NCBI GenBank assembly: GCA_043821645.1
Contig: JBDRCO010000015.1
Location: forward strand, 1-25,451
Direction: 5' to 3'
Length of the DNA: 25,451 nt
Source of the DNA: Pseudomonadota bacterium
Lineage (GTDB): Bacteria > Myxococcota > JACRCW01 > JAFGSX01
The notes below the pieces were generated by a model, which made no database searches, was not told the DNA's origin, and saw only the letters and a program-made list of their open reading frames with translations. A program made the translations under genes and the position numbers. Below are positions 9,022-18,024 of this stretch, in pieces (position 1 is the stretch's first letter; every line of letters begins with the position of its first letter).

Positions 9022-9345
9022 CTAGTAGCCCTCGTGGTGCACGCCGTACTCGCTCCAGGCCTGGTCCGGGTTGCCGTAGCGGTCGCGGATGTAGGCGAGC
9101 ATGCCGGCTGCCTCGTTGAGCGGATCGCCGATGCCGGCACGGCCGTCGGGGTAGTAGCGGTCGACGTTGCTCAGCAGGAGCTGGCCGAGTCCAGTGGCCG
9201 ACGAGCGCGCCGTGATGTGGCCCTGCTTGAGCTCGTCGTGAATCGAACCCCACTGTGAGGGATCGTTGGCCCGTGCGCCGTAGGTGTAGTTGGGCACACC
9301 CACCCGACCACCGCTCTCGCGGCTCAGGATGTTCTGCAGGCCCTG
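9022..9345 (-). pseudogene. 5'-truncated lytic transglycosylase (SLT-like) gene
   Basis: Extending the 93-aa ORF upstream gives QGLQNILSRESGG...SSATGLGQL...DPLNEAAGMLAYIRDRYG (catalytic ES and GLxQ motifs). In-frame stop at 9346-9348 and no start before the ES motif. Confidence 0.72.
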
Positions 9346-9417
9346 TCAGTTCGATTCAGCCCTATGCGTTCGGCTTCAACGCCTCCTCACGCAGCGACAG
9401 CGGGACTCGGCGGGTCA

Positions 9418-11733
9418 CTAAAATAGTTCCAGGAAATTGACGTCGAACAAGTACTTCGCAGTAAATCCGACTTCATTCACGTAAGTTGCGCCGGAAGAAT
9501 CAAAGACCAATGATGGTCTGTAATATGGCTCAAAGAACACTGACGGATACTCCACCCACCCTATCGGATTGGAAATGATTTTGTCCCAATTCCAAGATGT
9601 TGTGATAGGAATAGGCAGGCCAAAAAACAGGTAAGGACTCGGACCTGAAAATGGCCCGCCAGCTATCCAGGAAAAGCCAACACCGACGTTCGCGTATGCG
9701 TTGACACCTATTTCTATATAAGGGTTCAGCAAGAAGTACTTGCCCGTCATCATAAGTCTAAAACCACCGCCAATCCAAGGGACAACATACAAATAGCTAT
9801 TTAGCGATGGTAGAGCTAAAGTGGTTTCTAATCCGAAATTGCCACCCTCGACTCCATTTTCACCGATTGTGAACTCAATGGATGGACCTACTGTTATTGC
9901 TTGTCGCGTCGCATTGTCTAGCGTTTCGCCCACTTTCTCCATGGATTCGGTGAACTGATCTGCTCCATTTTTGCTCACGACAAAATTGACCGGAAGCGCT
10001 AGTGGGCTGTTGGTCGCTTGGTTGTATGAAAAATATACCGCCCCCTTGTAGGTGCCGGGTGTTAGTCCCTCTGCGTCTACGGTAATATGCCGCACGTTTG
10101 GGTTGTCGTCTGATTGACCGCTTGTGACAAGCCAGTTGCCAGAGTCTTCCACGCTTAATGATTCTACAATATATTGCACATTGCCGTTTTCAATATCGAC
10201 GTATATTTCTTGCGAAATTGGAGAAGGGCCGTTCGCGAATCCGGTGAAATAAAGCGAATCCGGTGTGACTCTTATGACGGGTTTCCGTGGTTTCTGTTCC
10301 CACGTGATTTTTGGTACCACGTCGGAATCACATGTACTGTGGTCGAGGCTGATAGTGTGATTGCCGGCGGAAACGTATATCTCGCACAAGGACTGCGTGC
10401 CTCTTTCAGTCTCCGGACAAATTGGTTCTGCGTCAAACATCAATTTATCCTGTGGGCTTCGCTCAATAATGAATTGGTAGGTGTCACTGTTCGTGAAATA
10501 GATCTGCTTTTCCCAATGGACCGAAAACTGGCCGCCCGGCGGTCCTCCGACCGGAGAAACGATATGTCCTTGAGCGAACTGAAGGAATTCCTCGCCGTCG
10601 TCTCTTATCTCAGATGCGGCGCCCGCCAAGTTGCAGTTAGCGTAATACTCTCCCTTCCAATGCTCCACGAGAACGGAGTCCGGCTCGTACGGAGTAAACA
10701 GCGGATAGCTGATAATGTCATTCTGCTGCTGGTCGAAAGAGAACGAAGTACATAGTCCTGCCTGAAATATCTTCGCGTCACTAGTCACAGCGTTCGAATA
10801 CTGTTCGTGTCGATCACTCAGTTTCTTGGCGGCATTCAAAGCCCCCTGAATGCGCTTCCGCAACACCGCATTTGATGACTGTGCTTTGTTGGCAGCAGTT
10901 ATTCTCAACCATTTCTCTTTCGTGTTGCGACATTGGCGACCACTGGTTCTGAGATCTCGGTATTGCGTATCGCGTTCAATGGTGGCTTCTCGTTCTTTTT
11001 CTAAGGTTCCTATTATTGCCTTTAATGGTGTGCTTTCCGGAGCAGTATCCTCGCGTCTTCCCTGCCACGCGAAAGCGGCAAATGTCGGAGGGACGAGGCT
11101 GGGCCAAACTTTTTTGTATTTGCGGTAGTTGTTGCTCTCTCGTTTATAATGCTTTTGAACATTATTAATGACTTCTCGAAAATAGGCATCGCTGATCTCG
11201 TGCTTCTTATTCGATTCGGGATCGTCGCATAGCCCGAATTCCTGTCCGTAATGGTCTCTTGCCACCAGATATTGGTAGATCTGAGCTCTTAGTTCGACCG
11301 CGTCATCGAGAAGACGGTCGATGTATTGCGTGGCTATTTTTTCGTTCTTCTTTTCTGATAGACAGCACTCATCGGCCACCCTTTGATAGGCCGGTCGGTC
11401 CTCGATGAAATTCATCGGTTTCTTTAACTCATCACAGGAGATGATCGTTTGCTCTAACTGAATTTTTCTCCGATTGTACAGACAGACTAGAAGGTTGGTT
11501 GTATCCAGTAGGCCGGAGCCCGTTCTCTCCGCAGGGCAGAGGTATTTCGCGTTGGTGGATTGAATGGCCTCGATTTTTTTGTCACCTTCAACGCACTGGA
11601 CCCCGGAGAAATTCCTGTCCTTGAAGTTTTGGCGCAGGCAATCAGTGCAATCGCTCTGACAGAGCGCGCTTGCTGGCATAAATGAACAGGCCAATATGGC
11701 GAGAAATAGAACGCCGGCTTCTTGTGATGTCAT
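9418..11733 (-). CDS. Large exported protein with PA14-like and BACON/Ig-like domains and a beta-rich C-terminus
   Basis: Signal peptide; FSVHWEKQIYF...YQF...AGNHTISLDH (PA14-like); VTPDSLYF...WLVT...GLTPGTYKG.V...NSP..LPVNFVV (BACON-like); ends in Phe. Confidence 0.72.
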   Translation of the reverse strand: MTSQEAGVLFLAILACSFMPASALCQSDCTDCLRQNFKDRNFSGVQCVEGDKKIEAIQSTNAKYLCPAERTGSGLLDTTNLLVCLYNRRKIQLEQTIISCDELKKPMNFIEDRPAYQRVADECCLSEKKNEKIATQYIDRLLDDAVELRAQIYQYLVARDHYGQEFGLCDDPESNKKHEISDAYFREVINNVQKHYKRESNNYRKYKKVWPSLVPPTFAAFAWQGRREDTAPESTPLKAIIGTLEKEREATIERDTQYRDLRTSGRQCRNTKEKWLRITAANKAQSSNAVLRKRIQGALNAAKKLSDRHEQYSNAVTSDAKIFQAGLCTSFSFDQQQNDIISYPLFTPYEPDSVLVEHWKGEYYANCNLAGAASEIRDDGEEFLQFAQGHIVSPVGGPPGGQFSVHWEKQIYFTNSDTYQFIIERSPQDKLMFDAEPICPETERGTQSLCEIYVSAGNHTISLDHSTCDSDVVPKITWEQKPRKPVIRVTPDSLYFTGFANGPSPISQEIYVDIENGNVQYIVESLSVEDSGNWLVTSGQSDDNPNVRHITVDAEGLTPGTYKGAVYFSYNQATNSPLALPVNFVVSKNGADQFTESMEKVGETLDNATRQAITVGPSIEFTIGENGVEGGNFGLETTLALPSLNSYLYVVPWIGGGFRLMMTGKYFLLNPYIEIGVNAYANVGVGFSWIAGGPFSGPSPYLFFGLPIPITTSWNWDKIISNPIGWVEYPSVFFEPYYRPSLVFDSSGATYVNEVGFTAKYLFDVNFLELF

Positions 11734-12506
11734 TGCTTGGCACCCGTTGGCAGGTATTCATATCTTCTTGATTCTAGTGGCGCTCCAGTTGGGCCAAGGA
11801 ACGTCAGAACGATTGCTCTCAGCCCCTCGGCGTTCGTCGAGTACGAATATTGCTCCTGCTCGCCTTGGACCGATGTCGGCCTTATTTTTGTCCCGGAAAT
11901 GTTCGTCGGAGCGAGTCCGTCTCTTTCGATCGTGAGTCTGAAGGCATTGAAGTGGGCGATAGCGAAATCTGCCCTTGCGTCTTTTTCACGCGTCGATATT
12001 TTGAAGAAAACGATCCGACCTCGCATTACCTCTGGCGGATTCGATGGGTCGGGAGCGGGTGGCGGTGGTGGTGGGGACTCTGTATTGGCTTGATACGATG
12101 GCGCCTCCTCAACGGGCTGCGTGGTTTTCGAGAGAGAAGTGGAAGAGGCTTCTGGAGTAGCCTCTGGTGAAGCAGATGATGGCGAGGCTGAAGAACCAAC
12201 AGAAACGTCGGAAAGCTGCCTTACAGGACGATATGGGTCCCATCCGAACAGTGAGAGAAAGAAACCGATCACGAAACTCCAGAACAAAAATACTACAATA
12301 ATTTCGGCAATAAGTGCCACGACGTAAATTACACCGACCGAGATGACATCGAGGACTGCCGGAATAGTACTCGCCAGCCACGTAGATACGCCTTTTGCCA
12401 CTCCGTCTGCTATGCCTTTTGCGAGGCCCTTCTTGAGGGCGTATGAAACAACGGTGAGAATCGACGCACTGGCAAAATCAATAAGTAGGCCATCGAATAA
12501 GTCCAT
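11730..12506 (-). CDS. Membrane protein with Ser/Pro-rich linker
   Basis: Hydrophobic N-terminal helices and a PPPPPPAP linker; ATGA overlap with the 771-aa gene. Confidence 0.7.
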   Translation of the reverse strand: MDLFDGLLIDFASASILTVVSYALKKGLAKGIADGVAKGVSTWLASTIPAVLDVISVGVIYVVALIAEIIVVFLFWSFVIGFFLSLFGWDPYRPVRQLSDVSVGSSASPSSASPEATPEASSTSLSKTTQPVEEAPSYQANTESPPPPPPAPDPSNPPEVMRGRIVFFKISTREKDARADFAIAHFNAFRLTIERDGLAPTNISGTKIRPTSVQGEQEQYSYSTNAEGLRAIVLTFLGPTGAPLESRRYEYLPTGAKQ

Positions 12507-13067
12507 AAGGCACCCGGTTTCCTGTAAAAATTATCGCAACCGAACTAGAGTTCACCACCCGCTCGCAGTAGTACACCATCGAGGATAAATTTGGCGAAAT
12601 GGAAAGCGCAAGTGTTTACGTGCATAGGGTCGTGCAGGGCTGAAGTAATTTGAAAATATCAAGAACAGAATCGCGGCCAGACTAGGTTAATTGTTACCGT
12701 CGAGAGAAATAGTTGCCGCCGACCACACCCATCGGCGGTTGTAGGAAACACAAAGTGCCTCTTCGTCGCCGACCTCGGGTACCAGCTCCTCGTGGCCCGT
12801 CTCCAAATCCATCGCCATCGATTGTAGCACCGGCCTCCGAACCAGCGGAAACGCCGCCAGCGGGCAGCCTGAGCAAACGGGTGCCTTGCCGCCATGGCTC
12901 GGCGGCGCAGATGTGGTAGCAGGTGACGTCGTCAGGTTGTCAGCAGAGTTCGAACGCAAGCTCGGGGTCTGAGGAGGCGCTCGGGCTGAGGCAATGGTCG
13001 GGACCACGGCGGGCTGACCGACGTGGTGCTGGTTGGTTGAAGTCCGCCCGGACCTGTGCCGGACGGA

Positions 13068-13092
13068 CGAAGGTCTTCCCGAAAGACCTTCG
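13068..13092. repeat. Perfect 10-bp inverted repeat
   Basis: CGAAGGTCTT-cccga-AAGACCTTCG. Confidence 0.75.
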
Positions 13093-13249
13093 ACAACATC
13101 GTGGCCGCGCTCGCCGGCACCTCGGGCCTCACCTTCGCACCGCTCCCTGCCAGGGACCGGTCAGATCAAGCCCGCGCCTCACGTCTCTGGATCAAAGGAC
13201 GAACCCCCAAGCGACACCCCCCGTCGCCACCAGGAGCTACCATTTCATC

Positions 13250-14176
13250 ATGACCCCCGAGCCCACAGCCGACACACCCACCACCGCAGCCCAGCCCGAC
13301 TGGCGAGCCCTGCGCAAGGACCTGCTGGAGCGGCTCCAGCACCTGGCAGGCGAGCTGGACCGCGTGGCCGCGGACCACGGCTTCTTCCAGCTCGTGGTCG
13401 GGGTGAAGTGGTTCTGGGCCTATTCTGTCATCAACCAGTTCTGGATCTCGATGCATCGACCCGACGCCAGGTCCGTGCGTGGCCGCAAGCAGTGGGAGGC
13501 CCTTGGCCGCACCGTGAAGCCAGGCGAGGAGCCCATCATCATCCGCGCCCCCAACCGCCCTGGCCGGCCATGGCCCCTGATCGCCGTCGAGGTCTTTGAC
13601 ATCTCCCAGACCGAAGGTCCTGACGTCCCACCAGCGCAGGTGCTTGGCCTGCCCTCGGGCGACGCAGCCTGCCTCGACGCCATCGAGGCTGCGGCTGGCC
13701 GCCTGGGCGTCACCATCAAGCCCATGCAGGCCTTTGCCACGAGCGGCGGCGTCGTGGCGGGCATGGCCACCGGGCGACACGAGATCCAGCTCCACTGGTC
13801 GCTCCAGGGTGCGGCCCGTGCCGACCTCCTGGTCCACGAGCTGGCCCACGCCCTGCTGCACTTCCCCACGAGCAGCAAGCCCCCGGGCAAGAAGCCCCAC
13901 CGCATACCCAGCAAGTATGCCGAGACCGAGGCCGAGGCCACGGCGTGGGTGGTCCTGGACGAGCTTGGCCTTCCGAGCAACGCACCGAGCTACATCGCCT
14001 GGAGCGGGGGCAAGAGTGAGATGCTGCTTCGCTCCATGCAGCGCATCCAGGCAGCGGCCAGGGCCATCCTGCAGGCCATCCAGGGCCGCAAGCCCCACCT
14101 CCGCATCCCGGACTTCATCCCTCCTCCACCGTCGCCAGGGCGCAGTGCCAAGAAGAAGGGACCGAAGCGCTTCTGA
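13250..14176 (+). CDS. ArdC-like ssDNA-binding domain plus HExxH metallopeptidase-like domain
   Basis: YSVINQFWI...RPDA..V.G..QW..LGR.VKPGE..I.I.AP (ArdC N-terminal pattern); LVHELAH and ETEAEATA. Start refined to ATG 13250. Confidence 0.85.
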   Translation: MTPEPTADTPTTAAQPDWRALRKDLLERLQHLAGELDRVAADHGFFQLVVGVKWFWAYSVINQFWISMHRPDARSVRGRKQWEALGRTVKPGEEPIIIRAPNRPGRPWPLIAVEVFDISQTEGPDVPPAQVLGLPSGDAACLDAIEAAAGRLGVTIKPMQAFATSGGVVAGMATGRHEIQLHWSLQGAARADLLVHELAHALLHFPTSSKPPGKKPHRIPSKYAETEAEATAWVVLDELGLPSNAPSYIAWSGGKSEMLLRSMQRIQAAARAILQAIQGRKPHLRIPDFIPPPPSPGRSAKKKGPKRF

Positions 14177-14286
14177 GCCGTGCGACCATGCTGCTGTTGT
14201 TCATCGTCGTCACCAGGGCCCTTCCTCGAGACAGCCACGCTGCCGGAACGATGGGAAGGTCTGTGGCCTTGATCGACCTGAGTGGT

Positions 14287-15612
14287 TCAGGTGGTGACCG
14301 GAGCCTCGAGTAACCATTCGTGCGCCGGCTGCACGACTACCCGGGGAGCCTTCACAGGCCTCACGGCATCCTGGTCGAGTACCAGCAAGCGAAGTGACGC
14401 CTGCGGGTGCTCCTTGGATGCTGCATTGAGGGCACCAAGCTCCCGGGCGAGGGTCCCGGGTGCCGATGGATCCACGCATACCTGGATCAGCTCTTCACCC
14501 CAGCCGGGGTAGCGAGCAAGAAAATCCACCTCGAGCCCGTCGCTGGTCTTCACGTAGCCGACGTCAGCACCGCGCCGCTGCAGCTCGTTGAACACCACGG
14601 TCTCCAGTGCGTGACCCAGGTTGGTGCGTCCGCTGGTGTCAAAGGCGCGGATGAGCCCGGGGTCGGCGGGGTAGAGCTTGCGCGGGTTCGAGTTGCGCTT
14701 GCGCTCTGATTCCGTGGCCAGGGAAACCGCTCCGATGAGGAACGCATCGACAAGGTGGCCCAGCATGGCGTGCAGCGCGTCCTTGGCAATCCCGAGCCCC
14801 TGCGCCTTGAGGTCCAGGTGCAGCCTGTGGACACTGAAGCTTCCGGCCGGGTTGCGCAGGCACTGACGCACGAGCCAGCGAAGAGCCGCCACCTGGGTCA
14901 CCGCATACCTCTCCACCACGTCGCGGAAGACCACGGAGTCCACGTAGCCTTGAAGGAGCGCCACCCGCAACGACGCCGGCAAGCCCTGCGCCTCGGGAAA
15001 TCCTCCCTCGATCAGGAACTCTCGAAAGCGCTTCTCCACCAGCGATCGCTGGGCGGGTCGCCAGCGCCGGGGCTCCTGTGTGACCTCCTCTCCTCGGTGG
15101 CGAAGGAACTCACCGAAACCGAATGGCAGGATGACCGTGGCCAGGCCTCGCCCTCGCAGCGAGGTGTGGACCTCGCGGGAGAGCAGGCGAGCTGACGAGC
15201 CAGCCACCACCAGCTCGACCTTCTCCGTGTCCAGCACGCGACGTGCGAACCGCTCCCAGCCTGGTACGAGCTGTATCTCGTCCAGGTACCAGTACACGGT
15301 CGAGTGACCTCGCAGCTCGGGGAAGCGCCTGAAGTACTCCTCGAGCAGGAACCCGAGCTGTTCCAGCTCGAGCCCTGACAGGCGATCGTCGTCGAAGCTG
15401 AGGTAGATCGCACGCTCCGGCGGCAGCGTCTCACGGTGCGCGTCGCGAAGCTGGTACAGGAAGCTGGTCTTGCCCGCTCGACGCATGCCTATCACGGCGT
15501 GCACCTTGCCTGGCATCTCGGGCAGCCTCGTATCTCGGCGAGTCAGCGCGAGAGGCGGCTCTGCGACCAGAGCGCTGCTCAGCTTCTCGTTCAGGACGGG
15601 GTGAATGGCCAT
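14287..15612 (-). CDS. AAA_14 ATPase with DUF4143 domain
   Basis: GMRRAGKTS, LDEIQ, GSS, GGFPE, RDVVERY, RKLY..DPG, EVDF...LIQV. Confidence 0.92.
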   Translation of the reverse strand: MAIHPVLNEKLSSALVAEPPLALTRRDTRLPEMPGKVHAVIGMRRAGKTSFLYQLRDAHRETLPPERAIYLSFDDDRLSGLELEQLGFLLEEYFRRFPELRGHSTVYWYLDEIQLVPGWERFARRVLDTEKVELVVAGSSARLLSREVHTSLRGRGLATVILPFGFGEFLRHRGEEVTQEPRRWRPAQRSLVEKRFREFLIEGGFPEAQGLPASLRVALLQGYVDSVVFRDVVERYAVTQVAALRWLVRQCLRNPAGSFSVHRLHLDLKAQGLGIAKDALHAMLGHLVDAFLIGAVSLATESERKRNSNPRKLYPADPGLIRAFDTSGRTNLGHALETVVFNELQRRGADVGYVKTSDGLEVDFLARYPGWGEELIQVCVDPSAPGTLARELGALNAASKEHPQASLRLLVLDQDAVRPVKAPRVVVQPAHEWLLEAPVTT

Positions 15613-15618
15613 GAAGCA

Positions 15619-15688
15619 AGGATGCCGACAATGTGGCCTTCAGTCAAGGACACATATAGCAACTTCAATGCGCTGATGAAGGACACAT
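15619..15688 (-). promoter_or_regulatory. Leaderless sigma70-type promoter with palindromic operator
   Basis: Minus strand TTGACT-N17-CATCCT-N6-ATG. Palindrome ATGTGGCCTT-cagtc-AAGGACACAT (15631-15655) and an extra AAGGACACAT half-site at 15679-15688. Confidence 0.75.
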
Positions 15689-15757
15689 TATCCTGCGCCA
15701 AGCTCAGGGACCTGCTCCCTCACCCGCCCGGCCACCATCCCCGTTGCCTCTGAACCA

Positions 15758-15789
15758 CGTCCCATCCTGTCACCCTCGTGCCGCATCCT
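15758..15789 (+). promoter_or_regulatory. Motif copy CGTC-N7-GTCAC-N10-CATCCT
   Basis: cgtc ccatcct gtcac cctcgtgccg catcct, about 85 nt upstream of ATG 15873. Confidence 0.6.
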
Positions 15790-15872
15790 GGAACAAGGGT
15801 CGCGCCCTGTCAGATCAAGCTTGGCCGCGCGTCCCTGACGTGCGGACAGGCACCACCAGCGAGGAGAGCAGC

Positions 15873-16178
15873 ATGGACACCGACGACACCCAGAAGATCG
15901 GCTACGCCCTCACTCTCATCTCTCTTGCGCTCTGCATGCAGGAGGACGGCGGCGAGAAGGACGAGCGCAAGGTGGACATCGATAACCTGAACAAGCTCGG
16001 ACAGTCGTTGCTCCACGACAGCGAGCCCCTGACCCCGAGACGAGCACTCGAGCTGGAGGAGCTGATCGACCACCACATCGCCATCGTCGACCCGGAGGGA
16101 ACGAGGGTGCCGCGCTTCCAGGGCAGCATCACCCATCCCGGTGCGTTCTATTTGAAGTTGCCGGAGGCGACGTCATGA
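15873..16178 (+). CDS. Small acidic hypothetical protein
   Basis: GAGGAG RBS then MDTDDTQKIG...; ATGA overlap with the next gene. Confidence 0.7.
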   Translation: MDTDDTQKIGYALTLISLALCMQEDGGEKDERKVDIDNLNKLGQSLLHDSEPLTPRRALELEELIDHHIAIVDPEGTRVPRFQGSITHPGAFYLKLPEATS

Positions 16179-16507
16179 GCCGGCCCATTCAAGGCCTGCC
16201 TCTGCTCGTGGCCCTCGTCCTGCTGCTCGCCCTCCCGGCGAGCACCAGCCCGACTCAGGTACCTCCACCTGCCGACGGGTTTGCCGCCTACGACAGCTAC
16301 GTGTTCAACATCGAGATCTGCCTGCGTGGCTGCCGGCAGGCCGAGACCGCCTGCAACAACAGGGATGGGGAGGACTGCAACGGTGCCTACGACCTGTGCT
16401 ACCGCCACTGCTACCTCATGGAGAAGCACAAGAACCGACGGCGTCTCGTCGAGCTGCTGTTGCCTTCCTGCAAGCTGCCCCGGCAGCAAGCGATCGCCCG
16501 GCTGTGA
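16175..16507 (+). CDS. Small exported Cys-rich protein
   Basis: Signal peptide and C-x3-C-x6-C-x6-C-x6-C-x3-C spacing. Confidence 0.7.
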   Translation: MSRPIQGLPLLVALVLLLALPASTSPTQVPPPADGFAAYDSYVFNIEICLRGCRQAETACNNRDGEDCNGAYDLCYRHCYLMEKHKNRRRLVELLLPSCKLPRQQAIARL

Positions 16508-16536
16508 CCCATCCTGACGAGCTTGCCTGCCATCAT
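16505..16536 (+). promoter_or_regulatory. Motif copy TGAC-N7-GACGA-N10-CATCAT
   Basis: tgac ccatcct gacga gcttgcctgc catcat, about 50 nt upstream of the mraZ-like ATG. The N7 spacer is identical to that of the 15758 copy. Confidence 0.5.
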
Positions 16537-16587
16537 CATTTCAGTCGGTCCGCCGGATGCGTCGCTCAACGGCAGGGGAGGTGGCAG

Positions 16588-17061
16588 ATGGTTGCACCGG
16601 GCACGTTTCGAGGCGTCCACGGCTCCTTTCAGGAGAACGGAACGATCCTCTTGCCTGACGACTTCATCACGGCCCTGAACGAGATGGGCGAGCTCGACCT
16701 CGCCATCACTCCAGGCTGCTACCACGCCTGCCTGTCCGTCTATTCCTTCAGCGACTGGCAGAAGATGGAGCACAGGGCCGCAAGCCTTCCGCAGTTCGAC
16801 CAGCACGTGCAGGACTTCCAGCTCACGTACATGGCACCCATGCAGCGCTGCACCGTCCTTCACGGCGGCCGCATCGTCGTACCGGAAGAACTTCGCGAGG
16901 TCATGACGGACGGCGAGGGCTCCATCGCCATCGTCGGTGCCGGAAAGTTCTTCGAGATCTGGAGTGGCGCCTCCTGGCGCAGGGCCTCATCCGAGGCCCG
17001 GGCAAGGCTCCTTGGCGAGCTGCCACCGTCTCTCAGGGCAATCGTTGACGAGCGGGTCTGA
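16588..17061 (+). CDS. mraZ: Divergent MraZ-family (AbrB-fold) protein
   Basis: FRG.H..., CLSVY...W, GRIVVP.ELRE, IVGAGKFFEIWS...W; GGAGG RBS before ATG 16588. Confidence 0.8.
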   Translation: MVAPGTFRGVHGSFQENGTILLPDDFITALNEMGELDLAITPGCYHACLSVYSFSDWQKMEHRAASLPQFDQHVQDFQLTYMAPMQRCTVLHGGRIVVPEELREVMTDGEGSIAIVGAGKFFEIWSGASWRRASSEARARLLGELPPSLRAIVDERV

Positions 17062-17164
17062 GGCCCAACCCATCCTCCACACCCCAGGACGTTCAGTCTC
17101 CTGTCCGGCCCTCCACCTCACCAGCACATTCTTCGGCCCTGGTTCAGGCTCTTTCGCCCTCCGC

Positions 17165-17812
17165 TCATTGCATCTCGACATCGCCAGCGACCTTGACGTG
17201 CTGCTTGAGTTTCTGGATTGCACTTGCCGGGAGCTGCGGATTGTCGCGAATGCGGAAATCGCCACCGACCTGGTTCAATGCCGACAGTCCGTCAATATTG
17301 CCGAGCACTGGATTGTCCGAGATGTGCAGGGAGCTGCCGATGTGCGTCAGCGCTTCCAGGCCGGCCAAGGTCTCGAGCGAGCCGTTTTCCTGCAGCCACA
17401 GTGCGCCACGAATGAAGATCGCCTCAGTGCTCGGATCGAACCTGGCCTCGCGTCCAACCTCCGTCAGGTGTTCGAGCCCCTTCAGGTCGTGCAAGGACCC
17501 GGTCGCCTGGACGACGAGGTACCTCTCGACCAGCTGCAGCTTGTCCAGTGCTGCAAGCGAGCTCACGGACGGGGGCTCGGAGCTGACGGTGTCGAGAACG
17601 ACGCCGTTGTTGAGGTCCAGTGAGACGTTGCCGATGAGCAGGTGACCCTTGACGCAGAGCATCCCTTCTAGCAGCGCCACATCCTCGTCGCTGTGGATGA
17701 GCGCATCACCCTGCCAGGCCTGGGCACCGTCGCACGGGTCGAAGCAACTGCAGGTCACACCCATGACGAGGACCAGTGCGGTTACCAGTGGCATCTTGTT
17801 TGCCATCTTCAA
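17165..17812 (-). CDS. Lipoprotein with receptor-L-domain-like repeats
   Basis: Hydrophobic signal ending TCSC; repeats such as LETLAGLEALTHIGSSLHISDNPVL and IDGLSALNQVGGDFRIRDNPQL. Start could be 17806. Confidence 0.8.
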   Translation of the reverse strand: MKMANKMPLVTALVLVMGVTCSCFDPCDGAQAWQGDALIHSDEDVALLEGMLCVKGHLLIGNVSLDLNNGVVLDTVSSEPPSVSSLAALDKLQLVERYLVVQATGSLHDLKGLEHLTEVGREARFDPSTEAIFIRGALWLQENGSLETLAGLEALTHIGSSLHISDNPVLGNIDGLSALNQVGGDFRIRDNPQLPASAIQKLKQHVKVAGDVEMQ

Positions 17813-18024
17813 TATCCCATGGCTGAGCTGACCGTCTCTGCGTCTTCGACGTCAGGCTCGCAGCTCGCAACTTGGTATTCTTCGGTCGAACGCGGCGGCG
17901 TGGCGGCCAGAAAGATCGGCGCCACACAATCCACGCAACCGACGCAGCAGCGTGGGGCGACGCAGGCGGTCCCACCGAAAGCGGCCGCGACGAGGAGGAG
18001 CACGAGCAGAAGTCGAAAACTCAT
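17809..18024 (-). CDS. Small Cys-rich exported peptide/lipoprotein
   Basis: MSFRLLLVLLLVAAAFGGTACVAPRCCVGCVDC; overlaps the start of the downstream gene. Confidence 0.5.
   Translation of the reverse strand: MSFRLLLVLLLVAAAFGGTACVAPRCCVGCVDCVAPIFLAATPPRSTEEYQVASCEPDVEDAETVSSAMGY

Noticed and set aside
9355-12644. 9-bp inverted repeat TTCAGCCCT / AGGGCTGAA near the insert borders
   Set aside because: Too short to be significant; no transposase or target duplication seen, and AT-rich sequence continues past the right copy.
12687-13007. Short ORFs between the insert and ardC
   Set aside because: No recognisable motifs or RBS; may be gene debris but cannot be supported.
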